Source of the DNA: Phycisphaeraceae bacterium
GTDB lineage: Bacteria; Planctomycetota; Phycisphaerae; Phycisphaerales; Phycisphaeraceae
Assembly: GCA_041736655.1 (NCBI GenBank)
Contig: JBGSTE010000311.1
Coordinates: forward strand, 1-38,444
Length of the DNA: 38,444 nucleotides
Direction: 5' to 3'
Shown here: positions 25,396 to 36,308 of the stretch, one piece after another
How positions within the stretch are numbered: the stretch's first letter is position 1
Layout of the letters: each line of letters opens with the position of its first letter
Made by a program: the position numbers and the translations under genes
Notes under the pieces: model-generated
What the model saw: the letters and a program-made list of their open reading frames with translations, nothing else
Told to the model about the DNA's origin: nothing
Database searches by the model: none

Positions 25396-25823
25396 GTTTG
25401 CCCGGTCTGCGCGCGTCCGCCATGACGCCATGACACCCGAGCGAATCGTCAGACAATCGTCAGTTGCATTGGTCCATTCGTCAGATGCAACGCACGCCAA
25501 TCATCCTGCTCCTGGACAAGAGGCGAGGCTGGACGATGAGCGCTCCCCGGACAAGTGGGAGCGCATCGGTCGATTTTTCGGTCTGATCGATTGATTCCCG
25601 GTCGGTTCTGCCAGCTCGCGCCGGCGAGTTGTCTTCCCACAGCACTTGAGTTGTGCGCGCGGATGGGTCGTCATCTTGGCGGTGATTTCCAGCGTAATAG
25701 CGTCACTTCTAGATAGTACGACAACAACACGATCAGGCCCCCCCCGTAAGACCTCGAACCGCCCTGCTGATGTAGTTAACAGCCGCGTCGATTTGCGGGG
25801 TTTCCCCTTCAAGCAAAGCCCGT

Positions 25824-26908
25824 CGCCGGCGACAGCTCATGCTGACCATTCACGAGGCGATCCTGAAGGACCAGGCACTCGACATCGACGGCCATCGCAG
25901 CCTGCTGGACGAGGCGAAACGCCTGCTCCATACGGAACTTCATCTGCCCGATGACGCGGCAGGTCGCGGAGAAGCTGATCGCGTGCTGGCCGACCTGAAA
26001 CTGAAGCTGATCAAGACGCTCGACGACGACCAGCTGGCCCTCGCCGCGTCATCTGAAAGCGGCGAGGCGACGACCGCCCAGGGCGAGGAGCTCGCGGCAA
26101 TCAGTGTTGCGTTATCGCTCCCTGAAAAACGGATGCGCATAAACGAGCTACTGGCGGTGTTCCCCGGTAACCAGGAAACGAAGGTGAGCATGCTGCTTCG
26201 CGGACTGGGCACACTGTGGAAGCAGAATCCCAAGGAAAAGGTCGTCATTTTCGCCACTTATCTTGCCACGGTTGATCTGCACTCCCACGAGATCGAAGAG
26301 AACTATTCAGGGCAGGGCGTTGTGGTTCTGCGCGGGGGTGATCACTGGGCGAAGCTGGCGGCAGAGAAGCGATTCAGGCGGCCCGACGGCCCAAAGGTGC
26401 TCGTCTGCACTGCGGCCGGCCGCGAAGGGATCAACCTTCAGTTCTCGCGAGTGCTGTTCAACTTCGATCTGCCGTGGAACCCGATGGATCTGGAACAGCG
26501 GATTGGGCGCATCCACCGTTATGGCCAGAAGGACATAGCGCAGGTCTACAACTTGGTTCTGTCGGACACGATTGAGGGGAAGATATTCCTGCTTCTGGCC
26601 GACAACCCTCGCGGCGTCCTGACCGTGTGGCTAGTGCAGACATTCGGCACAGGTGGGGAGTATGCCACCTATGTGGTTCCCATCGCGGTGAATGATTAGG
26701 GCAGAGAATTCCGCAACTGGAGAAGCAGTATCGTGAGGTCTTTGGCTATGGCCCCCGCACACCGGGTTTCGACCTCGATGAGCGACATCGGCTGATGGGT
26801 GTCGCAATCGAGCCAACACTGCAACGGGAGCTGAAGCACCGCGCGCTCACAAGTTCCACGGGCGGGCACTCGACGGATTTAATCGCGTGGGTGGATATAC
26901 TGGGATAG
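25824..26908 (+). pseudogene. Decayed SNF2-family helicase (C-terminal half, internal deletion and frameshift)
   Basis: KVVIFATY, VCTAAGREGINLQ and DLPWNPMDLEQRIGRIHRYGQ are present, but the N-terminal ATPase domain is missing. The sequence changes abruptly after KIFLLL, and the reading continues in a shifted frame at 26699-26908 (GQRIPQLEKQ...EPTLQRELKHR...IAWVDILG*). Confidence 0.75.
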
Positions 26909-26959
26909 AGATGACACAGACGTAACGACGGGATTTTGTTGTGGATTGAGGATCTAGAA

Positions 26960-29900
26960 ATGGCGACTCATCTGACAGCACGGCTGGTATGGCACGATAA
27001 TGCATGGGATGGTTGCATCTGCCAGAATCCCAAGGCGAACACATCTTGCATCGTGCATCAGCACATCCGTGAAGGACGGGATGATGAACAGGAGCATGCT
27101 GTACGCGGTCAGCCGCTGCTTCAGATCATCGATCAGCTGCCGCCGTGTTCCCGTGATTCTGGTGCCTATTCCGCACAGTCATATAAAGCAGTTCACTCGG
27201 ACCCGCTTGAGTTCAGGCGATTGCCGGCAGTGGCTGAAGACGTGCCCCCGTTCTCCTGCTGCCCGTCGCCTTATCGATGGATGCGCGAGGAGAATTTCCA
27301 GAACATCTGCGAGGCGGAGAGCCTCCGCATCCGCCAACCGGACGATCCCCGCAACAACGGCTGGGTGATGGAGGCAGATCGTCAGAAGCAACTCCTCACC
27401 GAGTTCTGGGGCAAGCTGGAGAAGGGAACGTCGCTGATCTTCTATTACTGCAAGGACGGTCACCCCTTTGATTCCGCGGCGTCGCGCATCCTGGTCGGCA
27501 TCGGACGTCTCTCTGAGGTTGGCAGCCAGCTCTATTTCGGAACCACCGTCAAGTACCCCGAGCCGTTCCCCATTTGGTCCAGGCGCATCACGCAGGATTA
27601 CCCCAAGCAGGGCGTCCGGCTTCCGTACCAGGAATACCTGCGGCTCGGCGTTCCGGCCGACAAGATCCTATGCGAGATTCCAGAGGCCGCGCTGCCGGAC
27701 TTTTCCTTTGTGGGCGAGCATGTCAGCGATGACTCGGCTCTGGCAGTGGTCGAGCACTGCATCCGTAGCGTCGAACAGGTGCGCGCCGAAGCCAAAGTCG
27801 CGGGCGATTGGGACCAACGGCTGGCGTGGTTGAACGACGTGCTCGCCGAGTTGTGGAGGTGGCGAGGGCCGTTTCCTGGGATGGGAAGTGTCCTTCAGTT
27901 TCTCGGTTGTCAGACCGGAACAGCATTTCAACGCGCAGTGCTCGCCCCGATGGCCACGCGCGGTGAGAACCCGTGGGAGTATGTGCATGGCATTTTGGAG
28001 GGCACCACCCCTGTTCCCGCCGGGCCACATTCGTCCGATCTCAAGAAAGCCCAGACAAAGTGGAAGAAGCTTCCGAGCCGCCAGGAATTGCTCGCGCAAC
28101 TGGTGAAGTTCGAGCTCACACCAGACCAGGTTGTTCGCATTGCTGATCCGACGGCGAGGGCGGAAGCTGCAATTGCCGCAACCGAAAAGGAACTGGTAGC
28201 CAACCCCTATCTGATCTGCGAGACAGACCAAGGCACGGACTCCTCGGACCCCATTTCACTGGACACTATTGACCACGGCATGCTTCCGTCTGGAGATGCC
28301 GCGCTGTTCGTCGAAACCACAGTCGAGACCGATGATCAGCGGCGGATTCGCGCTATTGCCTGCGACGTCCTGGCCACGGCAGCGGCGGAAGGCGACACTG
28401 TGTTGCCCGCCAGCGACCTATTTGATCGCGTGCGGAAGCGGTTCTCTGATAAGCGGGAGTGCCGTGTCGACATGGAAATATTCCAAGCCGACTTGGCGTT
28501 CTACGAGACACGCCTGTGGCCAGCGGTGGACTCAGAGCCACCCCTGGTTGCACTCAAAACGATTCGTGACCTTGAGGCGTTTTCGGCTGACTTGATGCAG
28601 CAGCGTGCGGGCAAGAAGGTGGGGAAGCCTGCGGCTGAACCCGATTGGGCTGCGGCGTTAACCAAGCGATTTGGGCCGCCGACATCCGACAGGGAGCGGT
28701 CCGCGTTCGACGAGAAGCAAGTCGCGCTGCGGACGCTGTTCGGACGCAAACTCTCCGTCCTCACGGGCGGCGCTGGCACCGGTAAGACGTCCGTGCTTCA
28801 GGTGTTCATTGAGGAACTCGAGCGAGCTGAAGGCAAGCAGTCGCTGCTTCTGCTGGCTCCAACGGGCAAAGCGCGTGTGCGCCTGGCGACGAAGACGAAG
28901 CGGAACGCGATGACCATCCACCAGTTCCTGCTCAAACAGGATTGGCTAAGGAAGTTGACGTTCGCACTTAAGCCAACGGGTGGCACACAGTTCGCTGCGA
29001 CCACCGTGATCGTCGATGAATCTTCGATGATCCCTGTCAATCTGTTTGGGACCCTATTGAAGGCACTGGATACAGGCCCGCTGAAACGTTTGATCCTGGT
29101 GGGCGATCCGAACCAGCTTCCACCGATCGGGCCGGGACGCCCCTTCGTTGACATCGTCAACTGGGTGGCCGACAAACATCCCGATACCCGCGCACGCCTG
29201 ATGACATGCATGCGCGTCAGCGAGAACGGCAAGGCTGACAGCGTCGGTCTGGCCCTTGCTGAGGGCTACCGCACGGACGGGGTCCATTCCGCCGACGAGG
29301 AGGTTTTGGCGGCAATCAGCCGTGGAGAGCCGCTGGGCGATCTCGAATGCCATTTCTGGTCTGACCCGGCAGACCTGATGGACAAGCTGCGTGGTCGATT
29401 GGCGAAGTTGATGGGGATTGCCCCCAAGGACTATAAGTCATTCAATGCCTCGCTGGGAATCGACGGCAAGAACAGCGACTATGCCAAGAGTGAGGCGTGG
29501 CAGATTCTCTGCCCCACACGCGTTGATCTGCACGGAACCGAAGAGCTAAACAGGATCATCCAGGCGGAATACCGAGGTGGGATTCTCACCAACTGCCGCG
29601 CACGTCGTGGCGATTTCCCTCGTCCCTTCGGAGATCGAGAGATCGTCTGGTGCGACAAGGTAATTCAGATTCGCAATCGGAAGGGAACGGCGTGGCCGGC
29701 AGCGACGGGTAATCTCGACTACATCGCCAATGGCGAAATCGGCGTTGTGAAGGCCGCGACCCGCAATCCGAAGGGCGACTATTTCGACGTCGTCTATTCA
29801 ACTCAGCCGACCGTGTCCTACCGCTACTTCCGCAACCAGGCGAACGAGGATCTCGAACTGGCCTACGCGCTCACGGTCCACAAGGCGCAGGGCAGTGATT

Positions 29901-30490
29901 TCGATGTCGTGTTTCTGATCATCCCGCAGGCGGCAACGACGCTCTCACGGGAGATGATCTACACGGGGCTAACGCGTTTTCGCACTCGGCTGGTGCTGAT
30001 GATCGAGAAGGACGTGGCACCGTTGCTCAACCTTCGCAACCCGGCGGCATCAGACACCGAGCGCCGCAACACGCAGATGTTCAAGTTGGCATTAAGGCCT
30101 GATGGTCTGGGGGCATTTCATCCTGAAGGCCTGATCCATCGAACGAAGAAGGGCGTTGCCGTGCGCTCCAAGAGCGAGGTAATCGTCGCCGACACGCTGG
30201 CAGGCCTTGGAATCAGCTATGAATACGAACAACCGCTCTCGACACCGGGTGATCCACGGAATTTTCGCCTGCCGGACTTCACGGTCGGCTACCAAGGTGA
30301 TGTCTTCTATTGGGAACACCTCGGGATGCTCAACGTGCCCGCCTATCGCGCTGGGTGGGATAAGAAGCTCGCCTGGTACAAGGCCACCGGTTTCTTTGAC
30401 CAGCTTATTACGTCAGAGGACGCGCCAAATGGCGGCATCGATGCCAGCGAAATCGAACGGATCGCCCGGGCACGCATTCTGGGCGAGTGA
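26960..30490 (+). CDS. RecD2-like SF1B helicase with novel N-terminal domain and C-terminal PD-(D/E)xK nuclease
   Basis: GGAGTGKT, LAPTGKA, VDESSM, GDPNQLPPIG, YALTVHKAQGS and YTGLTR. C-terminal RSKSEVIVA...YEYE...PDFTV...WEHLGM. N-terminal WHDNAWDGCIC. Confidence 0.88.
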   Translation: MATHLTARLVWHDNAWDGCICQNPKANTSCIVHQHIREGRDDEQEHAVRGQPLLQIIDQLPPCSRDSGAYSAQSYKAVHSDPLEFRRLPAVAEDVPPFSCCPSPYRWMREENFQNICEAESLRIRQPDDPRNNGWVMEADRQKQLLTEFWGKLEKGTSLIFYYCKDGHPFDSAASRILVGIGRLSEVGSQLYFGTTVKYPEPFPIWSRRITQDYPKQGVRLPYQEYLRLGVPADKILCEIPEAALPDFSFVGEHVSDDSALAVVEHCIRSVEQVRAEAKVAGDWDQRLAWLNDVLAELWRWRGPFPGMGSVLQFLGCQTGTAFQRAVLAPMATRGENPWEYVHGILEGTTPVPAGPHSSDLKKAQTKWKKLPSRQELLAQLVKFELTPDQVVRIADPTARAEAAIAATEKELVANPYLICETDQGTDSSDPISLDTIDHGMLPSGDAALFVETTVETDDQRRIRAIACDVLATAAAEGDTVLPASDLFDRVRKRFSDKRECRVDMEIFQADLAFYETRLWPAVDSEPPLVALKTIRDLEAFSADLMQQRAGKKVGKPAAEPDWAAALTKRFGPPTSDRERSAFDEKQVALRTLFGRKLSVLTGGAGTGKTSVLQVFIEELERAEGKQSLLLLAPTGKARVRLATKTKRNAMTIHQFLLKQDWLRKLTFALKPTGGTQFAATTVIVDESSMIPVNLFGTLLKALDTGPLKRLILVGDPNQLPPIGPGRPFVDIVNWVADKHPDTRARLMTCMRVSENGKADSVGLALAEGYRTDGVHSADEEVLAAISRGEPLGDLECHFWSDPADLMDKLRGRLAKLMGIAPKDYKSFNASLGIDGKNSDYAKSEAWQILCPTRVDLHGTEELNRIIQAEYRGGILTNCRARRGDFPRPFGDREIVWCDKVIQIRNRKGTAWPAATGNLDYIANGEIGVVKAATRNPKGDYFDVVYSTQPTVSYRYFRNQANEDLELAYALTVHKAQGSDFDVVFLIIPQAATTLSREMIYTGLTRFRTRLVLMIEKDVAPLLNLRNPAASDTERRNTQMFKLALRPDGLGAFHPEGLIHRTKKGVAVRSKSEVIVADTLAGLGISYEYEQPLSTPGDPRNFRLPDFTVGYQGDVFYWEHLGMLNVPAYRAGWDKKLAWYKATGFFDQLITSEDAPNGGIDASEIERIARARILGE

Positions 30491-30643
30491 GGCGGCTGCC
30501 GGCAGGTTCTGGAATTTTTCCAGAATGGGGCGGACGCCATCATGGAGGCGCACGAGGACCGCACCAACCACGGTGCTCCACGTCGCGTTGATGTCGAGCT
30601 CAAAGCCCACGCATTCTCGCATTTACAGGGACCGGAATCATGA
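30491..30643 (+). pseudogene. Possible relic of a sacsin-like GHKL ATPase N-terminus
   Basis: In frame after the helicase stop it reads RQVLEFFQNGADAIM...RVDVEL, resembling the E-x-x-QN-x-x-DA motif. There is no start and it ends early. Confidence 0.35.
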
Positions 30644-30797
30644 CTGAACTGGAGAAGCGGTGGTTTAATGCTCTGACCACGGATCGCATGGACATCCGGT
30701 CCGAAAGGGAGAGCACTGGGCAACTGAATTCGCTATGTATTCTTATAATGTTCAATATCTCAATGTGCATGACGCCACTTTAACGCGGGTAAGTTCT

Positions 30798-32255
30798 ATG
30801 GATCACGACACACTCACAGCGCTGCGGCGGCAGCACCCGGCGTGGCGTCTGCTGGCAGCGGAGAATGCCCCCTTCATCATCGGCTTTCTTCACCTTGCCT
30901 TTGTCGCCTCAAACCGCCGAGCAATTACTGAAGCCGACCTGATCGAGCAACTTGAGGACTACCTACACCACCTTCGGCAGTCTGGAGGGATCGACCTATT
31001 CCCAAGAACGGCGGTGGAATACTTGCGGGACTGGGCCGGCGGGGAGCAGGCGATCGTGAGGCGGTACTACGCACACCATGGGGACGAGGTGTTTTTCGAC
31101 CTGACCCCGGCAAGTGAACTGGCGATTCAGTGGTTGGCCGGATTCGAGCCGCGTGCGTTTGTCGGGACCGAGTCCCGACTGCTGACGGTGATCGAGATGC
31201 TTCGTGATCTCGTGCAGATGGCCGAGACAGACCCGCAAGCACGGCTTGCGACCCTTGAGCGGCGTCGCGAGGAACTCGATGCCGAGATCCGTGAATTGCA
31301 AGCCGGCCGGTTCACCCCGGGCGATCCGAGGCAGATCAAAGAGCGCTTATTCGCCCTTGAAGACAACGCACGCAGCTTGCTCGGTGATTTCCGACAAATC
31401 GAAGAGAACTTCCGCCAGCTAGACCGGGATGTACGCGAACGGATTGCTGTAGCGGACGCTACCAAGGGGGTGCTGCTCGACGAGGTATTTGATAAGCGTG
31501 ACACGATCGCGGATTCTGACCAAGGCAAGAGCTTTTCCGCGTTCTGGTCTCTGCTCATGTCCCCGCGTATGCAGGAGGAACTCGCGGACTTGTTAAAAGC
31601 TGTCAACGGGTTAGATGTCGCGCACGACTTCGAACGAGACGGGCTGCTCGGACGTATTCAAGACTACCTCCTTGATGCTGGGCAAAAAGTACAGCGGACC
31701 ACCGCACTACTGACCGAGCAACTACGGCGCTTCCTTGATGACAAGGTTTGGCTGGAGAACAAACGCATTATGGCACTGATCCAGGGCATCCAAACCCACG
31801 CGATCGCGGTGCATCAAACGCCGCCAGACGAGCGCAAGGTAGCGGAGGTAGATCTTCCCCGGGTGGACTTGAATTTGCCATTAAGCAGAGGGTTGTTCCG
31901 ACCCAACCAAAAGATACAGATCGATAGCTCATCTCTGCTCGATGGATCGGCGGATTTTGATGATGAGGCACTTTACAACATCTTCGCCGTAGACCAGGCC
32001 CAACTCCATCGGCAGATCGAGCGAGCACTTGAAGATCAACCGCAAGTTAGCCTTGGAGAAATCTGCGCGCGATTCCCGATCCGGCAAGGGCTTAGTGAAG
32101 TCATCAGCTATGTTCAGATCGCAAGCAATGACCCGCACGCTGTACTCGGTGAATCTCCGGAAGAAACATTGGCATGGGACCATCCGCGCGGCTGGAGGTG
32201 TGAAGCCCGCATACCCAGGATATTATTTACGCGTCCGTCAGATCGTATCACCTAG
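30798..32255 (+). CDS. jetA: Wadjet JetA (DUF3375)
   Basis: LRRQHPAWRLL, FVGTESRL, DFRQIEENFR and SDQGKSFSAFW; first gene of a jetABCD operon. Confidence 0.92.
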   Translation: MDHDTLTALRRQHPAWRLLAAENAPFIIGFLHLAFVASNRRAITEADLIEQLEDYLHHLRQSGGIDLFPRTAVEYLRDWAGGEQAIVRRYYAHHGDEVFFDLTPASELAIQWLAGFEPRAFVGTESRLLTVIEMLRDLVQMAETDPQARLATLERRREELDAEIRELQAGRFTPGDPRQIKERLFALEDNARSLLGDFRQIEENFRQLDRDVRERIAVADATKGVLLDEVFDKRDTIADSDQGKSFSAFWSLLMSPRMQEELADLLKAVNGLDVAHDFERDGLLGRIQDYLLDAGQKVQRTTALLTEQLRRFLDDKVWLENKRIMALIQGIQTHAIAVHQTPPDERKVAEVDLPRVDLNLPLSRGLFRPNQKIQIDSSSLLDGSADFDDEALYNIFAVDQAQLHRQIERALEDQPQVSLGEICARFPIRQGLSEVISYVQIASNDPHAVLGESPEETLAWDHPRGWRCEARIPRILFTRPSDRIT

Positions 32256-32305
32256 CGGCCCTCAGCCGACGTCACCGGGAAGTTCACCAGTTTACGGTTT
32301 GCAGT

Positions 32306-32920
32306 ATGGACCATTTGCAGGAACAAATCGTCGGACCCGTGATCGTGTCACTGATGCGTGGGGTCATCTACCGCGATGAAAACCCCGAGCGATGGCAGAC
32401 TCTCTCACAGCATCGGGTTCCGGTGATCAATTACGTTCGCGTCATCGGCCTGTCGCTGCAAATCGATGAGTCAGAGGGCTTCGCTTACCTGCGCCAAGAC
32501 TCTCCAGAGGATGAGGCCTTTGATGAAGTGACCCAGGCCGGCCAGGTTCGGCATCTACCCCGGATAATTCAAAGCCGGCCGCTGAGTTATCCGGTCAGCC
32601 TGCTGTGCGTACTTCTCCGCAAGCGGTTGGTCGAGCACGACGCGGGAGGCGACCAGCCGCGTCTTATCATCACGCGCGAGGAGATGGTCCAGATGCTGCG
32701 ACTATTCCTTCCGCAGCAAAGCAATGAGGCGCGGGTCATCGAGAAGATCGATGCGAATATCAACCTTATCGAGTCGCTTGGCTTTCTTCGCAGGCTCAAG
32801 GGTCAAAGCGACAGCTATGAGGTCCGCCGAATCCTTAAGGCGTTAGTGGATGCCCAATGGCTCGCAGACCTGAACGAGAAGTTGGAGGCATATCGCGGCC
32901 ATGTCGAATCAGATGCTTGA
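32306..32920 (+). CDS. jetB: Wadjet JetB (DUF4194)
   Basis: LMRGVIY, IGLSLQIDESEGFAYL, LSYPVSLLCVLLRK and YEVRRILKA. Confidence 0.92.
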   Translation: MDHLQEQIVGPVIVSLMRGVIYRDENPERWQTLSQHRVPVINYVRVIGLSLQIDESEGFAYLRQDSPEDEAFDEVTQAGQVRHLPRIIQSRPLSYPVSLLCVLLRKRLVEHDAGGDQPRLIITREEMVQMLRLFLPQQSNEARVIEKIDANINLIESLGFLRRLKGQSDSYEVRRILKALVDAQWLADLNEKLEAYRGHVESDA

Positions 32921-35900
32921 TTTCGCCAAGAACGATGTCCAGGCCGGTTATCGACTCGAACGCTTCGAGTTTTTTAACTGGGGGACTTTCGATGGGCGTG
33001 TCTGGTCAATCGTGCCCAACGGTGACAATGCCCTGCTGACGGGTGATATTGGATCAGGCAAATCCACGATCGTTGATGCGATGACGACGCTGCTCGTGCC
33101 CCCCGGTCGGATTACCTACAACAAGGCCGCCGGTGCCGAGGGGCATGAACGTAATCTTCGGTCCTACGTCCGAGGCGATTACAAGAGCCAGAAAGACGGC
33201 GAACGCCTCAGCGCCAAGGCGGTCTCGCTACGCGATAAGCAGCAGTTCAGCGTATTGCTAGCGCACTTTGTCAATAAAGGCTTTGGGCTTTGCGTCAGCC
33301 TGGCGCAGGTGTTCTGGATGCATGACGGTGAAGCTCAGCCCAATCGGCTTTACCTCGTCGCCGACAACGAGCTGAGCATTACGCGGGACTTCTCGGATTT
33401 CAACGACATCCGCCAACTCAAACGACGTTTGCGTGCGATGCCCGGCGTCGAGCTGTTCGATAGTTTCAGCCAGTATGCGGGTGTGTTCCGTCGCAAGCTA
33501 GGGATCAACCACAACAAGGCGATGGACCTGTTTTACCAGACGGTCTCGATGAAGTCGGTAGGAAACCTGACCGAGTTCGTGCGTGGTCACATGCTCGAGC
33601 CCGGCGGTTTCGAGACCCGGATCGAAGAAATCCGCCGAAACTTTGACAACCTCAACCAGGCACATGAGGCGGTCGTTCAGGCCAAGCGCCAGGTCGACTT
33701 GCTAAAGCCGCTCGTGGCTGACGCGGATCGGCACGACGAAGAGTCGGCGAGGAGGAAGCAGTTAACGGACTGCCGAGAGGCGCTGGGGCCATACTTTGCA
33801 GACCAGAAGGCGAAGCTGCTCCGGGACCGACTCGTCAAGCGTCGTGAGGACCTGGCGCGGGTCGAAGACCGGCTGGAGCAGCAGCGGCAGGAGCTTGAGC
33901 ACCTGCGGGAGCAGGCGGAGCAGTTGAAGGCGAGCTTCGCCGAGAGCGGGGGTCGGCGTCTGGAAGAGATCGCGCGCAGCATCAAAAAACTCGATGAGCA
34001 TCGCGACACCCGTCAGCGTGCTTCGGACCGCTACCGCGGACTGTGCGAGTTGGTTGGCCTGTTGATGCCCGACGATGACCAGCGGTTTCACGCCAACCGC
34101 AACGAGGCAAATAAGCAGTTTGAAGCAATCGAGAAGCGGACCGCTTTACTAGAAGAAGGCCTGTTCGATACGAAATTGTCACTGCGCGACCTGAACAAGC
34201 AACACCAGGAACTTGAAGACGAGGTGCGGTCGCTCGAAGCACGCAAAAGCAATATTCCCCGTAAGAACCTTGAAATCCGCACCGAAATATGCGGGGTACT
34301 CGGGCTTAACGAGGAAGACCTGCCATTCGTGGGTGAGCTATTGCGTGTTCGGGAGGATCAGGCCCGCTGGCAAGGCGCGGCCGAGCGGCTGCTGCACAAC
34401 TTCGGCCTGAGCCTGATCGTGCCAGATGACTGCTATGAAACGGTCAGCCGATACGTCGATCAGACGCATCTACGCAGTCGGCTGGTTTACTACCGTGTTC
34501 GAGGTTACGACGCATCGCCCCGCGCGGCCGATGGTGGTCCGGCAATGCTTTGGCGGAAGCTTCAGATAAAACCGGACAGCGAGCACTTGACCTGGCTCGA
34601 AGCCCAGCTTGCGCGTCGATTCGACTATCACTGTTGCGAGGACCTCGATACGTTCCGCCGAATGCCCAAGGCAGTGACTGCAGCCGGGCAGATTAAGGCT
34701 GGCGGTGAGAGACACGAAAAGGACGACCGTCACCGCATCGACGACCCCGCTCGCTACGTTTTGGGCTGGAGCAACGAGCAGAAGATCGCGGCGCTCCGCG
34801 CAAAGCAGGAAACGGTCGCACGCCGGGGGGAGCAAGTGATCGAACAATTGAATTTCTTCGAGGCCGATCTGCGTAAACAGAAGGACCAGCGTGATGCGGT
34901 CCGTGACTTACTACAGGTCGAGTCATTCAGTGCGATCGACTGGCAGGTGGTGGCTCAACAGCTAGCCGATCTGCAGGCTGAGCGAACAAAGATCGAGGCG
35001 AGCAACGACGTATTAAAGACGTTGCGTGAACAACTAACCGAAACCAATCGCGAGATCACCGAGTCTGAAGCGAAGAGGGGAAAGACTCTCGAGCAACGCG
35101 GCAATCTCAACAACCAGATCGACACGGCCGAGCAGATGCTGCGCAACTGCTCTGACGCCTTGAACCAGCTCCATGATTGGGTACGAGAGGCTCTCTTCCC
35201 GCAGCTCAACGCCTATCACACCGAGGCAATGGGTGAGAAGACGATGACCATCGAGAACTGCGACGCCTGCGAGCGCACGATGCGGGACTGGGTCCAGGCC
35301 GAGATCGATAAAATCGACAGGCGGATCAAACCGCTAGGGGAGAAGATCGTCACGCAGATGCAGGCGTACCGAAACGCCTATCCGGCACAGACGCGTGAGG
35401 CCGACGCCTCCATCGAGGCGGCCGGGGAATACCGCGCGATCCTCAACGCGCTGGTCGAGCAGGACCTGCCGCGTCACGAAGCACGTTTCAAGGCCCTGCT
35501 CAATGAGGGGACAATCCAAGAGATTGTGCTGCTGCAGAATCAACTTGCCAAAGAAGCTCGCGACATCTCCGAGAAGATCGAGCAGATCAACGGATCTTTG
35601 CGGCAAATCCAGTACAGCCCGGGCACCTACATACGGCTGAACTGCGACAAGAGTTTGGACGCAGAGGTCCGCGAGTTCAACGCCGACTTGCGGGCTTGTG
35701 TGGGCGAGACGCTTGGCGGGGCCAACGACGAGGTCTACACCGAGGCCAAGTTTATACAAGTAAAGAAGCTGATCGATAGATTCAATGGCCGCGAGAGCAT
35801 GTTTGAACTGGACCGCCGATGGACCCAGAAAGTGGCAGACGTCCGCAACTGGTATGAGTTCTCCGCCAGCGAGCGCTGGATCGAGGACGACCAAGAGCGC

Positions 35901-36308
35901 GAGTTCTACAGCGACTCGGCGGGCAAATCCGGCGGCCAGAAAGAAAAGCTCGCGTACACCATCCTCGCCTCGGCGCTGGCCTACCAATTCGGACTCAAGG
36001 TCGGCGAGACCCGATCCAAGTCCTTCCGTTTCGTTGTGATCGACGAAGCCTTCGGCCGAGGGTCTGATGAGTCCGCACGCTACGGGCTGGAGATTTTCAA
36101 GAAGCTCAACCTCCAACTACTCATCATCACACCCCTGCAAAAAATCCATATCATCGAAGATTACATCCAATCCATTCACTTCGTGCACAACTCCGATGGC
36201 AAACGCTCGCAGATTCGCAATCTGAGTATTTCGGCATACCGTGAACAGAAGCAACGCTTCCAGGGTGACGCCCGCAACGTGTCTGCCTCAGGGGATGTTC
36301 AGCAGTGA
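32901..36308 (+). CDS. jetC: Wadjet JetC SMC-like ATPase
   Basis: FNWGTF, Walker A GDIGSGKST, YNKAAG, long coiled coils with hinge, KSGGQ signature and Walker B VVIDEAF. Confidence 0.95.
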   Translation: MSNQMLDFAKNDVQAGYRLERFEFFNWGTFDGRVWSIVPNGDNALLTGDIGSGKSTIVDAMTTLLVPPGRITYNKAAGAEGHERNLRSYVRGDYKSQKDGERLSAKAVSLRDKQQFSVLLAHFVNKGFGLCVSLAQVFWMHDGEAQPNRLYLVADNELSITRDFSDFNDIRQLKRRLRAMPGVELFDSFSQYAGVFRRKLGINHNKAMDLFYQTVSMKSVGNLTEFVRGHMLEPGGFETRIEEIRRNFDNLNQAHEAVVQAKRQVDLLKPLVADADRHDEESARRKQLTDCREALGPYFADQKAKLLRDRLVKRREDLARVEDRLEQQRQELEHLREQAEQLKASFAESGGRRLEEIARSIKKLDEHRDTRQRASDRYRGLCELVGLLMPDDDQRFHANRNEANKQFEAIEKRTALLEEGLFDTKLSLRDLNKQHQELEDEVRSLEARKSNIPRKNLEIRTEICGVLGLNEEDLPFVGELLRVREDQARWQGAAERLLHNFGLSLIVPDDCYETVSRYVDQTHLRSRLVYYRVRGYDASPRAADGGPAMLWRKLQIKPDSEHLTWLEAQLARRFDYHCCEDLDTFRRMPKAVTAAGQIKAGGERHEKDDRHRIDDPARYVLGWSNEQKIAALRAKQETVARRGEQVIEQLNFFEADLRKQKDQRDAVRDLLQVESFSAIDWQVVAQQLADLQAERTKIEASNDVLKTLREQLTETNREITESEAKRGKTLEQRGNLNNQIDTAEQMLRNCSDALNQLHDWVREALFPQLNAYHTEAMGEKTMTIENCDACERTMRDWVQAEIDKIDRRIKPLGEKIVTQMQAYRNAYPAQTREADASIEAAGEYRAILNALVEQDLPRHEARFKALLNEGTIQEIVLLQNQLAKEARDISEKIEQINGSLRQIQYSPGTYIRLNCDKSLDAEVREFNADLRACVGETLGGANDEVYTEAKFIQVKKLIDRFNGRESMFELDRRWTQKVADVRNWYEFSASERWIEDDQEREFYSDSAGKSGGQKEKLAYTILASALAYQFGLKVGETRSKSFRFVVIDEAFGRGSDESARYGLEIFKKLNLQLLIITPLQKIHIIEDYIQSIHFVHNSDGKRSQIRNLSISAYREQKQRFQGDARNVSASGDVQQ

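Noticed and set aside
25444-25490. Three short A(A/T)TCGTCAG repeats
   Set aside because: Too short and irregular to support an iteron or operator call.
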